The notes under the pieces are model-generated. The model made no database searches. It was not told the DNA's origin and saw only the letters and a program-made list of their open reading frames with translations. From positions 123,690,001-123,754,000 of the forward strand of contig OX597815.1 in the NCBI GenBank assembly GCA_951406725.2: DNA of 64,000 nucleotides. The letters run 5' to 3'. The DNA comes from Octopus vulgaris (taxonomy: Eukaryota). Of this stretch, positions 12,540-26,311 are shown one piece after another; within the stretch, counting starts at the first letter, position 1; the number at the start of each line of letters is the position of its first letter. Both the position numbers and the translations under genes were made by a program.

Positions 12540-14110
12540 TTTTTACTACCCACAAAGGGTACACACAGAAAGGACAATACAATACATGTGGGGACAAATA
12601 ACAGTTAAAACAATAAAATTATGGTAAACATGAATGAAAAAATGAAATGATATATGGAAACGTGCCACATACCCTACCTCAGCTACATCATTTACTTCTC
12701 TTTAGATCCAGTTCAAAATGATTCCGTAACGTTCTTCTGATTCCGTATTTTCTATCTCGTTTGGTATATTCCTTATGTTGCAAATCACATTTCTGAATGT
12801 AATACCCTCTTTATATTCTTTAACCTCTCTCATCCGACATTCGGGCACCAATGCGCTTGCGACCATATTTTCCTTTTTATCTCCTTTCATACTAACAATT
12901 CTCACGTCTCTCCATTGCGACAATTTGTCCACCAGTTCCTTATCCATGCCCTTAAACAAAACACAAGCATAACAAGTGGTAGGGGAGTTTTGTGACTTTT
13001 TGTGTGTTTGCACTTCTTTTTCCGTTTTTTTTTGTCGGTGGGGAATGGGTGGGTTTGGTGTCTTCAGAGGGAGGGTGGGATTGAGAATGTATGGGTGGGG
13101 TGGGTGCAGGTTGGGGTTTACTTTGACTGTCCTTCTTCCTCTTCTTTTGTTTTCTTCTAGCTACTCTCCATACTTTTTCCTCGTCTGTTTCATCCACATC
13201 TTCCACCCTCTCTGGCTCCTTCTCGACTTTCTCCTGGGCTTGCTTGTTTTTTAGAGGGCAGTCTGCTCTAATGTGGCCTTTTTGGCCACATTTATAGCAG
13301 CTAGGGGTTCTGCCCTCTACCCACACTTTCATCACCGTTTCTCCTACTGTCACTGTTTCCGATAATTTTTCCAGATTTTTCTGCTGAAGTTTGTGTCATA
13401 ATGTTAATAATTTTACCTCGCCAATTTGTTACTTCCGTTTCTCTGGCTTGGAGCGTGGCTCCCTCTTTCTCACTTCCAAGAAGCACCGCCGCCGCCACCG
13501 AAGCCACGTCTATTTCAGGAGGGATTCCATCCACTCTAACCCTGGCAGTTCTTCTTCCGCGGTATGTGGGTAAGATGATCATGCTTTCCGTCTTCATTGT
13601 GTTCTTTTGCCTTTTCTTTATTTTTAAAGTATGTTATATCTTGCCAGATTGACCTCAAAGCATTTTCTATTTCATCTGTAGGCTAATTTTCCATTCTTTT
13701 TTCCTTAATTGAGTAAACTTTATATATTATTTTTATTTCTTTCATGTTTTTAGAACTTCATGCGGTGGTGACAGTTTCATATCACCACCTTTTTTCTAAC
13801 ATTTTTTCAAAATTTTTCAGGTTTTTGAGGCTTACCTTCTTCTTTGAAACCTCCCTGACATCCGCAAATCTTTTCAACTTTAGGCACTTGTACATTATTT
13901 CTATAGCTTTTACCAGCTCCCCTTCGGATGACGATAATTCCGAAGACGACACTCAGGTCCGAGTAGAACATATTTTTCTTCACAGACTCAGCCATCTCTC
14001 GTCAAAACGCTGAGGAACAGCACAGCCACATAAACTTCTACAAAACAACACACAAAAAAAAACAGAACCGTTCACACCGACAAATGATGGTGGAATGGCT
14101 GCATTGAGCG
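12540..14110 (-). mobile_element. ORF1-only L1/Tx1-like non-LTR element (about 1.57 kb, frameshifted)
   Basis: ORF1 pieces at 13807-13995, 13301-13597 and 12952-13353 with CCHC knuckle CYKCGQKGHIRADC. No endonuclease or RT follows. Ends in the tail ccctttgtgggtagtaaaaaa. Confidence 0.7.
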
Positions 14111-14111
14111 T

Positions 14112-15760
14112 CACTCTCAAGCAGTATCATTTAACAGTTAATTTCTACAATTAAATAAATCGTTCTTACACTCTTTTTTTCTTTTTGTATCGTTCTTTTT
14201 CTTCTTTTTTTCCAAACATTTTAACAGTCTATTTTTCCTCTTTTTTTTAATAACAAATTTTCTTTCCTTCCTTTTTTAAACGTTCATTAATGGTTTTAGA
14301 TCTTCGAAATCTACGACTGGTTGTAGTTCGTCAAACTCGATTTCAACCCTAAACGGGTCTATGCTGCTTCCAAACAGTTCTCTCAATTTTTCAAATCTCT
14401 CTCTTTCTATGATGATTCCTTTAGTCTTTTCCGAGTATTTTTCTGAAGGCAGCCTTACTCTTATTATTGATTTATACTTTATAATCTTCTTCTCTATTGC
14501 TGTACTTTTGGCATACGCGACCTTATGCCATTTGTATTTTTTCCTTTTCACCTCCGCTTGCTTCAGTTCCGGAACTGGGCTGTCCGGGCGTGTAGAAAAA
14601 TCATAAACGCTGCCTCCTTCTACATCCTGTTGTACTGGTGTTTCTGTTTCTGCACCGTCTTCCATTATTAATTCTGTTGGTGTGTCGCACCTGTTTTACT
14701 TCTTCCCCATCTCAATATCTTTCAACCTTTTTGGGAGAGCTTACCCGTTCTTTTCTCTTCCTCCTGTTTAAACTCACCTGCATGACCATCTCGAGGCCAT
14801 ACACCTACCAATTGACCTTGGCTTTCTGGAGGAGATCTCATCCGTTCTTTTCTCTTCCTCCTGTTTACGACTGTGACGGCTTCCTCCACGCTATCTTTCT
14901 CTGTCACTGGTATCACCACTTCTGCACTCTTTTCTTCCCTTTTCTTCTCCTCCTCTTCGTTTTCCTTCTGAGGGCACCTTACTTTCATGCGCCCTTTTTT
15001 GACACGTAGGAAACATGTTGGCGGTCTTCCTTCTACTACTGGAAGTCTGGTGTCTTCCGGGAGTATGATTTCCTCCGTGATGTCATACAGGTCTTTTAAA
15101 CTCACCTGTATGGCCATCTCGAGGCCATACCCACACCAAGTGACCATTTTTGTCCTCGTTATCTTGAGGATTTTCGCCTCATCCTCCATACCGTACATTA
15201 TGGCTGCCACCAGCCATGCTTCCCCAATTTCAGGGGCGTACTCTGCCAACTCTTACTCCGGCAACGTGCTTGCCACAGCACGTCGGCAGAAGTACCCATT
15301 CCGCCGTCCCTATCGGCACAGTGGAGCAGCCCACGGCATCCTCCTCGCTGCCAAACCCACCGTGCTGTACCCCACTCCACGTGTACAAAAAGTGGTCAAC
15401 TTTTAACATTTTTGAGGTACCTCACCATCGTCTTCATCGGGGCCACTTCCATCCCGTTCCAGGACGCGGACAACGTCCTACAAACCACCGCTCTCCTTGC
15501 CACATCACCTCTCAATTTCTCTGGGGGAGCCAGCCCTAGACCGGCTCCCTCTTCCTCCAGGAACTCGCTTCCTTCCCTCCACCCTCCCGGCCCAATCCAT
15601 ACTTCCCACACCCTGGGCTGCCGCCGCTGCGCAACCCCGTCCACCTTCCATCTTCCTTCCCCCTTCAAATTCAACAACCTAAACAATTCAACAAATCGCG
15701 GCACACCCAAACGGGGAGACCCTCAACAAATATACAATAACAATGTTAAATGGCGGTGCC
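14112..15760 (-). mobile_element. Second diverged ORF1-only L1/Tx1-like element
   Basis: ORF pieces at 15396-15710, 14722-15249 and 14276-14665 are homologous to the neighbouring ORF1 (YxGRR, PEI..AWL.AA, EGRPPTC..KG...CP). An A-rich 3' region follows, with no ORF2. Confidence 0.7.
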
Positions 15761-16329
15761 CCAGCATGGCCACAGCTCATTAGCTGAAACTGGAAAAATC
15801 AATCAATCAATGTGTAACATCTCGCACTCACGCTAAAGAAAAACACCACCAACACCAATCTGCGATTTTTCATCTCTCGCTCTCAGTCAAACACGCCGCT
15901 ACTTATACGATTTCGGCTAATCCTTTCTCACTGGGGGTATCATGATTCTCGCCATAACATCTCCCCTTTTGAGATTTGATTTCTGTAGGAAGTGTAAATT
16001 GTTTATTTAATTCTGTTCTATTTTTTTTCATCAGCACCTCTCCTTTTTGAGATTTTCATTTTCTCAGAAGTTTTAATACTTCTTTCGCTTAGAGACTATT
16101 TCTAGTTGCTCTGTTTGTTTACGCTTTCTATTGCTGATCCGCCTAGGTTCAACCGCTTTTGGCGTTGGAACATCGAACAAGACAAAAAAAAAAACTACTA
16201 TCGGTATTTCTTCTCTTTCTTCGGTATGTCTAGTCTTCAACTGGTTGAAATGTCGTTTGTGCTCTCCTATTTGACCTTTTATTATGTACATAATATTGCC
16301 TATTCTTTTCGTCACTATACCGTCCTCCC

Positions 16330-16718
16330 GTGGAGGCGCAATGGCCCAGTGGTTAGGGCAGCGGACTCGCGGTCGTAGAATCGCGGTTTCGATTCCCAGA
16401 CCGGGCGTTGTGAGTGTTTATTGAGCGAAAACACCTAAAAAGATCCACGAGGCTCCGACAGGGATGGTGGTGATCCCTGCTGTACTCTTTCACCACAACT
16501 TTCTCTCGCTCTTACTTCCTGTTTCTGTTGTAGCTGTATTTCAAAGGGCCGGCCTTGTCACTCTCTGTGTCACGCTGAATATCCCCGAGAACTACGTTAA
16601 GGGTACACGTGTCTGTGGAGTGCTCAGCCACTTACACGTTAATTTCACGAGCAGGCTGTTCCGTTGATCGGATCAACCGGAACCATCGTCGTCGGAACCG
16701 ACGGAGTGCTTCCATTCC
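16330..16718 (+). mobile_element. tRNA-Arg-derived SINE (OR-like) with perfect 13-bp TSD
   Basis: A box tggcccagtgg, TCG anticodon-like loop and B box gtttcgattc. TSD ataccgtcctccc at 16317-16329 and 16719-16731. Confidence 0.9.
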
Positions 16719-19587
16719 ATACCGTCCTCCCAACCTTGTCTTCCGTTCTTATATATTTTGAAATTAACTTTATCTCCCTGTAAGTTATTTCTTGGGTTCT
16801 CCCTGTAAGATTCTTTTGTAGGTAATAATTTATAAAAAATTGATTTTATCTTCCGGGCAAACATTAACTCCTCGGGAACTTGCCTGAACAGGTGTTTGGG
16901 TTAGGTATTACTCTGTAAACCCTTAAGAATTGAGTTAGTGCAGCATCATTGCCTTATTCATTTTCTGATTTTTTTAGTTCTCGCTTAAACTTTTTCAGTT
17001 CTCGCTTAAACCTTTCTGCTTGCCCATTTGATTTCGAGTGGCACGGCAGAGTAGAGATGTGATTGATTGCATATATCTCACAGAAATTTTAAAATTCGTA
17101 CCATCAAAACTTATCCGATACTATGGTGTCTGGGACACCGTAGCGCGCAAAAATTTCGTGAAGGAACCTTATTGTTACCCTCGAGGTTAGTTCACTATAT
17201 TTACTTATCTCAGACCGCTTGGTACAGCTGTCTACTATGATTAGATATTACGCGCCGTTTACCAGTCCAACAAAATCTATATGTAGCCTGAACCTGGGAC
17301 TGTCTGTCTTAGGTCACGATTGGAATTTCACCAGTGGTGACTTTGCTGCGAGAGCATAACCTCTACAGAACTTCACTAATTGTTCAATATCACAGTCCAC
17401 AGTAGGCCAATACATATAATTCCTCATTATTGATTTCATTCTTGAAATCCCTGCGTGTCCCATATGAAATTCATTAAATCACGCTTTTGAAGTGCGGCTG
17501 GCACTACAACTCTTTGTGCGTACATCAACGCATTATCAAACAGAGAAAAAAAAATGGTTCGCGTTTGTGTTTCGTGTATATTTATTTTCTTTTACCTTCA
17601 ATGTTTCTTTCATCTTTGCAAGGAATTTGTCATTCTCTGATTTTAATTTTATATCTTGAACAGTTACTGGCAGTTCCCGAATGACATTACACAAAATGGT
17701 TTTTATTCCATTTTCCTCTTGTAATGAGGCTATCACCGCGTCATCCAATGATTCCAAATTTTTTGGAATTAGCCTTGATAAACAATCCACATGACCTAAC
17801 CCCTTGGATGGTACATATTCCATATTAAAGTCGTAGTTCAATAATACTGTACCCCAGCGTTATAACCTATTTTGCTGTATGGGTAGGAATTCCATTTTTC
17901 GAACCAAAAATTGATAATAATGGTCGGCGATCAGTTTGTAGCCGAAAATTTCAACCGTGCAAAAATCTGAAATTTCTTCACGGCAAAAATAATCGCTATT
18001 TGATTTCTTTCTCTATTTGATTACAGTTTTTCTCTGCCGCTATCAGAGGACGTAAAGCATGAACCACCGTCTTTATATTTGTGTAGCATTACTGCTTCTA
18101 TGCCATATTCAGAAGCGTTAGAAGCTACAACAATTTCCGCTTCACGATCGAAATGAACCAGCGACAAATCCGATATTAATATTTTTTTAATATTGTCGAG
18201 CGCCTTTTGACAATTAATTGACCAATTCCACTTCACATCGTTTTGTAGCAAATTATTTAGTAGAGCTTTCAATTCATGCATATTTGGTAATTAATTTTGA
18301 TAATTATTCGCTAACCCTAGAAAAGCTTGCAAAGTAAGTATATTAGTCGGAGGAAGTATATTTTTAATTGTGTCTGCCCCCGACGGGTCGGGTCGTCATC
18401 CATTCCTGTCGATAATTTGTCCTAAATACTTAATTCTAGGTAAGAAAAATTCACATCTTTCCTTACTTAGTGTGAAACCGTAATCTTTAATTTTTTCAAA
18501 AACACATTTTACAGGCTCGACATGCTGACCATGAAATTCACTTTTAATTAATATATCATCCAGGTATGGAATTGCGGATTCACAGTCCGCTAACATTGCA
18601 TTCATAACCTGTTGAAAAATTGAAGGTGCGACCTTCAGACCAAATGGTAATCTGTTATATTTATATAGTCCTTTATGCGTATTCACTGTTATGTATTTTG
18701 AGCATTCCTCGTCTACTCTAATTTGTAGGTACACATCGGAGAGATCCAGTTTCGAAAATATCTTGCTCCCGTTTAACTTCGCAAAAATATCATCCGGAAA
18801 CAGTAGCGGGTAGTGACACGTTTTAAGACATTCATTCAAGCCAGTGGAAAAATCGGTACACACTGATTTGTTATTCTTTTTTAAAATGCACATCCACTTT
18901 TTGGATGACTCCAATTTTCTCTAATCTGTCTAATTCTTCATCGACATGTTTTATCGCAACAAAAGGTACTGTTCTTTTTGGTTTTCCTTAATTTGGAAAC
19001 ATACCCCAGTCTCAGTACACAAACCTAATTTATCCGACAACATTTCAGGAAAAGGACAGTCTTTCTTAAAATGCAGACCTCCACGCCCGTAGTATGGATT
19101 GTTTATTCCCGGTCAATATGTCTGTACTTGAGAGAATGTTTTTCTTCAATTTTCTTCATGTCCTGTCGCGGGTTGATAATTCTTCGATATTCTCATGCTA
19201 CTACCTACAGAGTTAAATTCTGGTCCGCCTGTTCTAGTTTTGTAAGAATCCGTGCACGTATTTCTGCATCTTTGTCGTAAAGCCTTGCACAATGATGAAG
19301 CATTTAAACATGTCCGGAGATAATTCCTTCAGTTTAAGATTTTCGCACATTTTATTTACGATTCCAGCATAACTGACAAAGTCTTCGTCCTCTTATTAGG
19401 TTCAAACACTCCTAGCGAGTGTTCAACAGGGAACTCTTATCACTGAACATTTTGGATAACAATTCAATTGTTTCTTCGAAACAAATTTCATTTATGTTTT
19501 AGGCAAGATAAAATTGCAGTACTTTTCATGTTTTGAAGGACCTAGTTTCCGTAACAGTAGTCTCATTTTTCCATCGTCTGACCAGCG

Positions 19588-20561
19588 TGTAACCTCAACT
19601 ACCGTTACACTGGTGATCCCAACCGTTACATTGGTAACTCCGACTAGAAAGAACTACTTCCTTCTGATGCGACAAAAGCCGTTGCATATTGTTACAACTA
19701 CCATAACAGGCATCGTTACAACTGGTCACTCCGTCTAAAAACAATTGTTACCTTCTAATGCTGTATGCTATATTTGCTGACTCCGAACTAAAGAACTACA
19801 GTCTTCATATCAACAGTTGCTAAACCAGAGGAAAAGAATGACAACCTTCGTCACCACCAAGATGCACCCTCGTTCCAATTGTAACAGTACGCGCAACAGA
19901 AAGCACTATACTGCGATGCAAACTGCGATTAATTTCACTACAATGCAACCCTGCCGACGCACAAAGAATTCGCTGACCAATTTTGGATGACTCCAAATTA
20001 ACTGGAAGAAAATACGGAAGCCTGAACATGCAACGTCTTCGGCACAGACTCGCTTTTCGTCTCGTCCCGACGTACAGACCCTGCATTGTCTATGAATTTG
20101 TGCACGTATCTAAGAATCTCATATAGACTCTCAGCAACTCTTTTGCTTTGCATACACATTTTTTCCACTTTCAGCTATATACTTTTAAGAAAAGACACTA
20201 TTTTCAGCTAAGTTTGCCAACTTTTGTTTACTCTTTTCTGTACCGTTCATTTCTTTTACTGCACCGCACAACGTTCGTACATGTACCTGCATGCTAACAC
20301 TGTCGCATTAATGCACCACAACATGCCTTTCTAGCTTGTTTTTCATGCTCCCTGCACCCTTATAGACACAACTTGCCTCTGTAAGACCCTAAGTCGGTCA
20401 CGTATACATAGAGAAAGTTGTTTGTCCCTTCTAACGCGTCAGCATGTCACACTTTTGCTCCTGTACGTTGAAAAGCATTTACTACCTCAATCACTGGAAA
20501 ATTTAACACTGTATTTGTAATCAATTCACTAGCATTACTGCCTCAGCTTGTGCACCCATTT

Positions 20562-20613
<52 letters not shown>

Positions 20614-21860
20614 CCTTCTTATGTCTCTACTGCCTTGTTTTTCAGCACATCTGTGCCCCTTTCTCGACTCGATGCATGTCGGATGTTCACATGCTCTCTG
20701 CGTTCATGTTAGACATAATTTCCCTCTATTAGACCCCTGTTTGGTCACTTAATGAACGGAGAAAATTACCTGTCTCGCACATCACTTCAGCATGCTACAC
20801 TGTCGTTCTTACCGTCGACAACAACGCCAGACACATCTCACTTCTGAAAAACCTCCAAGGCATTTCACATACTGAAACCCTGCAGGAAGATCTTCGATAT
20901 CATGAATTTAGAATACACTCAATCGCTCACCTGAGCTTATTTTACAGTGAATTTCGATACGTGCACCTGCACTCGTGTATACACCCTCACGCGCTAACTC
21001 ATTATCCGTACTGCAAAATGCAAAGTTTTTCCTCAGTCATGCATTTCTCTTCCTCAATCGTTCATTTCCTTTTCTTGGAACCTCTCCGGAGGCAGGGTGA
21101 TGTAGTGGCTTCATGCAAGCATGGTGTGAATTCGGTCCTCGATCGCCAAAGTTCACTTAACAGTTCAACAGCATTTTTCTCATGGTAAAACAATAGTTTT
21201 TCTGTGAGTGACAGCAGTTACATTTGCTAGATGCCTTCGCAAAGCAGAATAATGTATTTGCCAGTTAACCCTTCTAACCGCTGCTAGGCCATCAAAAGTT
21301 AGAATTGAGATAACATTTACATTCGACTACCAACGAAATCTATTGTTCTCAACGATATGTCTCTCCTTCTAACTGGTTTTGGATAGTAATAAATGCTAGT
21401 ATTAGGTAAGGCAAAATCAATTAGTGAGAGCGCACCATCAGTTAGAGAACAGAGACCGCAAACAGGCAGCCACTAAAGACAAACGGCCAGAAGGAGAAAG
21501 AAGGTTACAACCAGTCAACTATGAGATACAATGTCCCTCGACTCTATAACTTTCACTAGCTCAATTTCTTTTCTCTTACAACATCATGCTATCACTATCT
21601 ATGGTTTACTACTACAATAACAACCTGTACACACATACAGGCCGAAATTAACTTTCTTAATCTAGCATACTCTTTCAATTCTATCACATCTGCCCGTCGA
21701 GGCAAGTCATTATATTAAGTAACGGTAAATAAATATTTCTTTATTCGACCAATGTTCGTCGTTCATCTTGCACTTCTGCAACAAGACCCGTTACAATTGG
21801 TAATTGTCGACTCCATCATATATCATAATACAAACCGTTGCACTAAAACAAACCGTTACA
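19588..21860 (+). mobile_element. Non-coding LTR-type element nested in the gypsy gag
   Basis: TGTAAC...GTTACA termini and a 4-bp near-TSD agcg/aacg. Removing it restores the gag frame EECKR-WSDDGKMRLLLRKLG. Confidence 0.8.
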
Positions 21861-23627
21861 AACGCTTGCATTCTTCCTTGAAAATATCTTCGTATCTTCT
21901 GAAGTATATCGAAAAAGTTATACCCTCTTCTGGGTTATAACTAAATTCAGTTATAGCATTCGCTACGCCATCTGGTGAAAACCTACTTGCAGTATTTCCT
22001 AACTTCAGTATCAGTTCCAACAACTTATTTTTGTTGTAGTTGTTGGTGCAACTCATGTTGCAGCTGTTGCTTTTGTAACTGTAATATACAAGCTAATAAG
22101 TCTTCCATACTTAATTTTTTTATCTAATAAAAAGACAGAAACACTTCAGATCATGTTAATAATTCAGAAATGTTAAACCAACACAGTCAAGTCTTGTTCC
22201 GTTTCTACTGAACATGACTTGTAACGAAGACAGTTTCAGCCACTATTGTTGGAAACAAATAAATACAATAACTCATTTGGCCTACATATCAACACTGACT
22301 TACATTTAAACAATAACAATTACTTTGGCTATGAATCACGATATCCATCTAAAATACACACTGACCATTATTTTTATTTTTGCTGCATTTCATGATAGTA
22401 TTATAAACGATAAAAAGAGGCGAGCTGGCATGATTAATAGAATATCAGAAAAAATGTACCGTGGTATTTGTTCTGGCTGCTATGTAAGCTCAAATCCCAC
22501 CCGGATTAAATTTACCATTCAACCTACGGAGTCAATAAAGTTAGGCACTGGGTTGATGGTATCGACTAATCTCCAATTCCTTTGCTGGCCTTGTGCCTAA
22601 ATCAGAAACAATTATACAATCTAAAGTGTTAAAATATCCAAACATTTTACCGTACATGGTGGACAAACTGAGGAGTTGCTTGGCAACACCAACGATCCTT
22701 GGGCCACAGTACTAATCTATGTATTCTCAAGCCGTGTACATAAGGACTCCAGTCCGGGGCGGGGTGATATATTGTTGTTAAAACCTTTCTAAGTTTATTT
22801 ACATTCAACTTAGTTCTCGGTGTCAGTGATCAGAATGAAGTCACTTGTCAAGCAAGTTAAACAATAGTGTTTTTTTTTCTTCATGGCAATCGAGATTAAT
22901 ATAATAGTAGTGGTTTCTATCGATTATTTCAGTAATACACATATACATTTAAAAAGAGAAAAACTTAGAAAAACATAACGGAGAAAGAAAAAGAAAACAA
23001 AACGCAAAATAAAAAGAAACACAAACATGGAAACAAAAAAAAAATGTTAGAAAACCAGTCTTGTGTATATTCTGTGTGTTTTGTGTGTTCTATGTGTGTG
23101 TGTGTTGCGGAAAAGGTGTGGTACAAAATGTTGAGGTAACTAATGAAATAGGCATGTGGACACCTTCAAAGTAAACAATGGAATAACATCGGTTTGTACT
23201 GTTGTGTCTGTGTATGCGATGGTTATTCAGTGGTGTCTGTTTAGGTTCTGCGATAGAAATAATGGTCGTTCATGTTGAATATCTGCTTCTCTGTTGTCAG
23301 TTTCACTGGCGCTCTCCGTCTGTGCCGGGTGCTACTTTCTGACTTGACTGTCTCTTGACGGATCACACTATTTATAAAAAGTCTTGGCAGCTAGAAGGAC
23401 AGATATACCACAGGAGAAATTGTACCGAAATAGGCTAACTCCTGTCCATTTGAACTCCAGCTGAAACGGCTGAGGTCGAAGGTTGAAGGGAAACAATGGA
23501 TTTTTTTGACAGAACAAAGAAATTTCTTTCGCGCCTGTTTGGTCAGTGGTGGATCAGACGAGCAAAAATCCTTAGATTCGGTTTCGAATCTAAGCCCGAA
23601 GAAGGGAAGTGTTAGTTTTTACACACG

Positions 23628-23683
<56 letters not shown>

Positions 23684-24004
23684 TAGAAAATGGAGAAAAC
23701 CACAGGTAAACAAACACATCGATTGGACCACATTTATAGCTTATTTTTTGATAGAAAGCATGACGTTATAAAATAGGCGACCGTTACTGATCGGTTACCA
23801 AAATGCAGTCTATAAATAAATGCGAGAATAAAGTTCTTCATCTTCATAAGACACTGAAATTAAGGCAACGGATCTTCATCAGAGTAATAGACAAGAGCAT
23901 TGAATATAAACAAAGGGAAGAAGGAAAAGGAAAGAAAATATGACTTAGACAAACAGTCTAGAAGCCCAATATGTTAAGAGCAGCTCTTAACATATTGGGC
24001 TGTC

Positions 24005-24197
24005 GTTCAATGCTCGAAATGAAGAGTGGATAGACAGCTGGCAACTGACGAAGGGTCGTTCTTTATGTTACTTGCCCTGTTTTCCATTTGTTTCTCTCGT
24101 TGTTTGTAAATTGAACTCATTTGCTTACTGTTTGGTGACGTCCTGTACCCATATATGAATGTGTATATATATGTGTGTATGTATATATACTCTCTTA

Positions 24198-24253
<56 letters not shown>

Positions 24254-25080
24254 AATAAATAAATAAAACGTATGCATATATACATACATATATGTACGTA
24301 CCTACCTCTACATGTATATATACATGCATATATGGGTACAGGACACCAAAAAAAAAAAACCTCGAACACAATGAGAAACGAAAACATAAACACAAAACCA
24401 AGGAATGGACATTTTTCTCAAACAACGAAAAAATAGAATACAGGACATACAAAACAAGGAAAATTCCCCTTCTTCAGTCGCTTTTGTTTCATCTACTCCA
24501 CGTTTCGAAGGTCAAGGCGATACATGACTTTAATAAAACAATCCTTTCCGCGAAAATCAAATTAAATAAAATTTGAGATTTTTTTTCGGAGGGGTAAAAA
24601 TGGTTACAAAAACAGGACAGTAACGACAGTGCAAAATATAAACAGCAAAAGACAGGACAAGGAGAATAACAGTAACACAAACAAGAAGGGCTGTTAAGCC
24701 GAACGAGATAAAATATTTTACGAACGCTATTTTTTGAGAACGGCGAGGGAGCAACAGACGTTCCGTCTCTACTTGAAGGTGGCCAGGAGAAGAAAGATAG
24801 TAGCAGAGTTCTCGTCGCGGGTCAACGACGGGAGGGAGGAGGAGGAGGAGTAAATAAATAAAACATATGCATATATACATACATATATGTACGTACCTAC
24901 CTCTACATGCATATATGGGTACAGGACACCAAAAAAAAAAAACGTCGAACACAATGAGAAACGAAAACATAAACACAAAACCAAGGAAATGGACATTTTT
25001 CTTAAACAACGAAAAAATAGAGTACAGGACATACAAAATAAGGAAAATTCCCCTTCTTCAGTCGCCTTTGTTTCATCTAT
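24005..25080 (-). mobile_element. Penelope-like non-autonomous repeat with direct terminal redundancy (about 583-bp period) and an inverted copy
   Basis: About 24270-24495 is repeated at about 24855-25080. An inverted related segment lies at 24005-24190. Flanked by (TA)n. Same family at 34310-35420. Confidence 0.6.
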
Positions 25081-25089
25081 ATACTCTCT

Positions 25090-25147
<58 letters not shown>

Positions 25148-25151
<4 letters not shown>

Positions 25152-25307
25152 CTCTCTCTGTGTTTATTTTTTCGTGTTTCTTTCTGTTGAAGAGCCTAGA
25201 AACGAAACGTAAAAGACTTTTTGTCACCTTCCCGAGCGTTAAACTAAAACACCTGTTTGTTGTTTACACACCCGTCTTCGTCTTTAATTTTTTTTGTAAA
25301 TTCCAAC

Positions 25308-25310
<3 letters not shown>
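25148..25310 (+). mobile_element. Penelope pseudo-LTR fragment
   Basis: Reverse complement matches 59149-59300, which lies downstream of a GIY-YIG remnant. Confidence 0.7.
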
Positions 25311-25351
<41 letters not shown>

Positions 25352-25448
25352 CATGTATATATATATTATTTATATTATATTATATATTATATTATATTAT
25401 ATTATATTATATTATATTATATTATATTATATTATATTATATTATTAT

Positions 25449-26311
25449 AAACGAAGACATTTGAAATATATCCCCAAATGTAATTGACAGAATAGTATGC
25501 ATGTTCTCTTTCGTGTGGACGTCTCATGTATAGTTCTTCAAATTACATTTTCTATGACGGTCGCACTGATGATTTTCGGACATTTACGTATGTACATAAG
25601 TAAATGGTAGCAATGAAACCTATTAAGTGGCTAATTATTATATTTTGTATCTTTTCATTTGTCTTGCTCGCTTACATTCTGGCGTTTGCCGAATTTTCTT
25701 GAGAACAAAATTTTCTTAGTGGCCAAACCATAACGGGTTTACATTTAGCATATTGGATGTCCACCTAGTGGTCATCCCTCTTATATGCATGTAATATAAT
25801 TTTTCTGAATCTTCAGATTTTTCAGTATTCTAGGTCACAGGTTTAAATTGATATTAATCAAATTAATATCAATTTTTTACCCTTATTACTTAAATTTCAA
25901 ATAACCATGTTCTCTAACCGGCAGGCTTCGATGCAGAAAATTATTTTCTGCAAAGTCATTTGCGGCTTTGGCGCGCCAAAACGAAGACATTTGAAATATA
26001 ACTCCAAATGTAATTGACAGAACTGTATGCATATTCTCTTTCGTGTGGACGTTTCGTGTATAGTTCTGCAAATTATATTTTCTATGACGGTCGCACTGAT
26101 GATTTTCGGACATTTACGTATGTAAATATGTAAATAGTAACAATGAAATCTTGCATGTGGATAAGCATTATATTTTGTATCTTTTCATTTGTCTTGCTCG
26201 CTTACGTTCTGGCGTTGGCCGAATTTTCTTGAGAACAAAGTTTTCTTATTGGTCAGACCATATGGGGTCCACATTTAGCATATTGGATGTCCACCTAGTG
26301 GTCATCCCTCT

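Larger units (their letters stand above)
15813..22108 (-). mobile_element. Decayed Ty3/gypsy element (3' LTR 15813-15959, PPT, IN, RH, RT, gag) carrying two nested insertions; 5' LTR not found
   Basis: RT 18396-18914 (LPFG, YLDD). RNase H 17536-18281. Integrase remnants at about 16073-17500. Gag starts MEDLL at 22108. PPT aaaaggggaga precedes a TG..CA LTR. Confidence 0.9.

Noticed and set aside
16330-16410. tRNA-Arg(TCG)-like gene
   Set aside because: It is the head of a SINE with core, tail and TSD, and the acceptor stem is not intact.
19588-19740. CRISPR-like array of ccgttaca repeats
   Set aside because: The repeats are short, degenerate and irregularly spaced, the context is eukaryotic, and there are no cas genes.
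22219-22260. 5' LTR of the decayed gypsy element (tgtaac...)
   Set aside because: No similarity to the 15813-15959 LTR beyond the first six bases, and no PBS.
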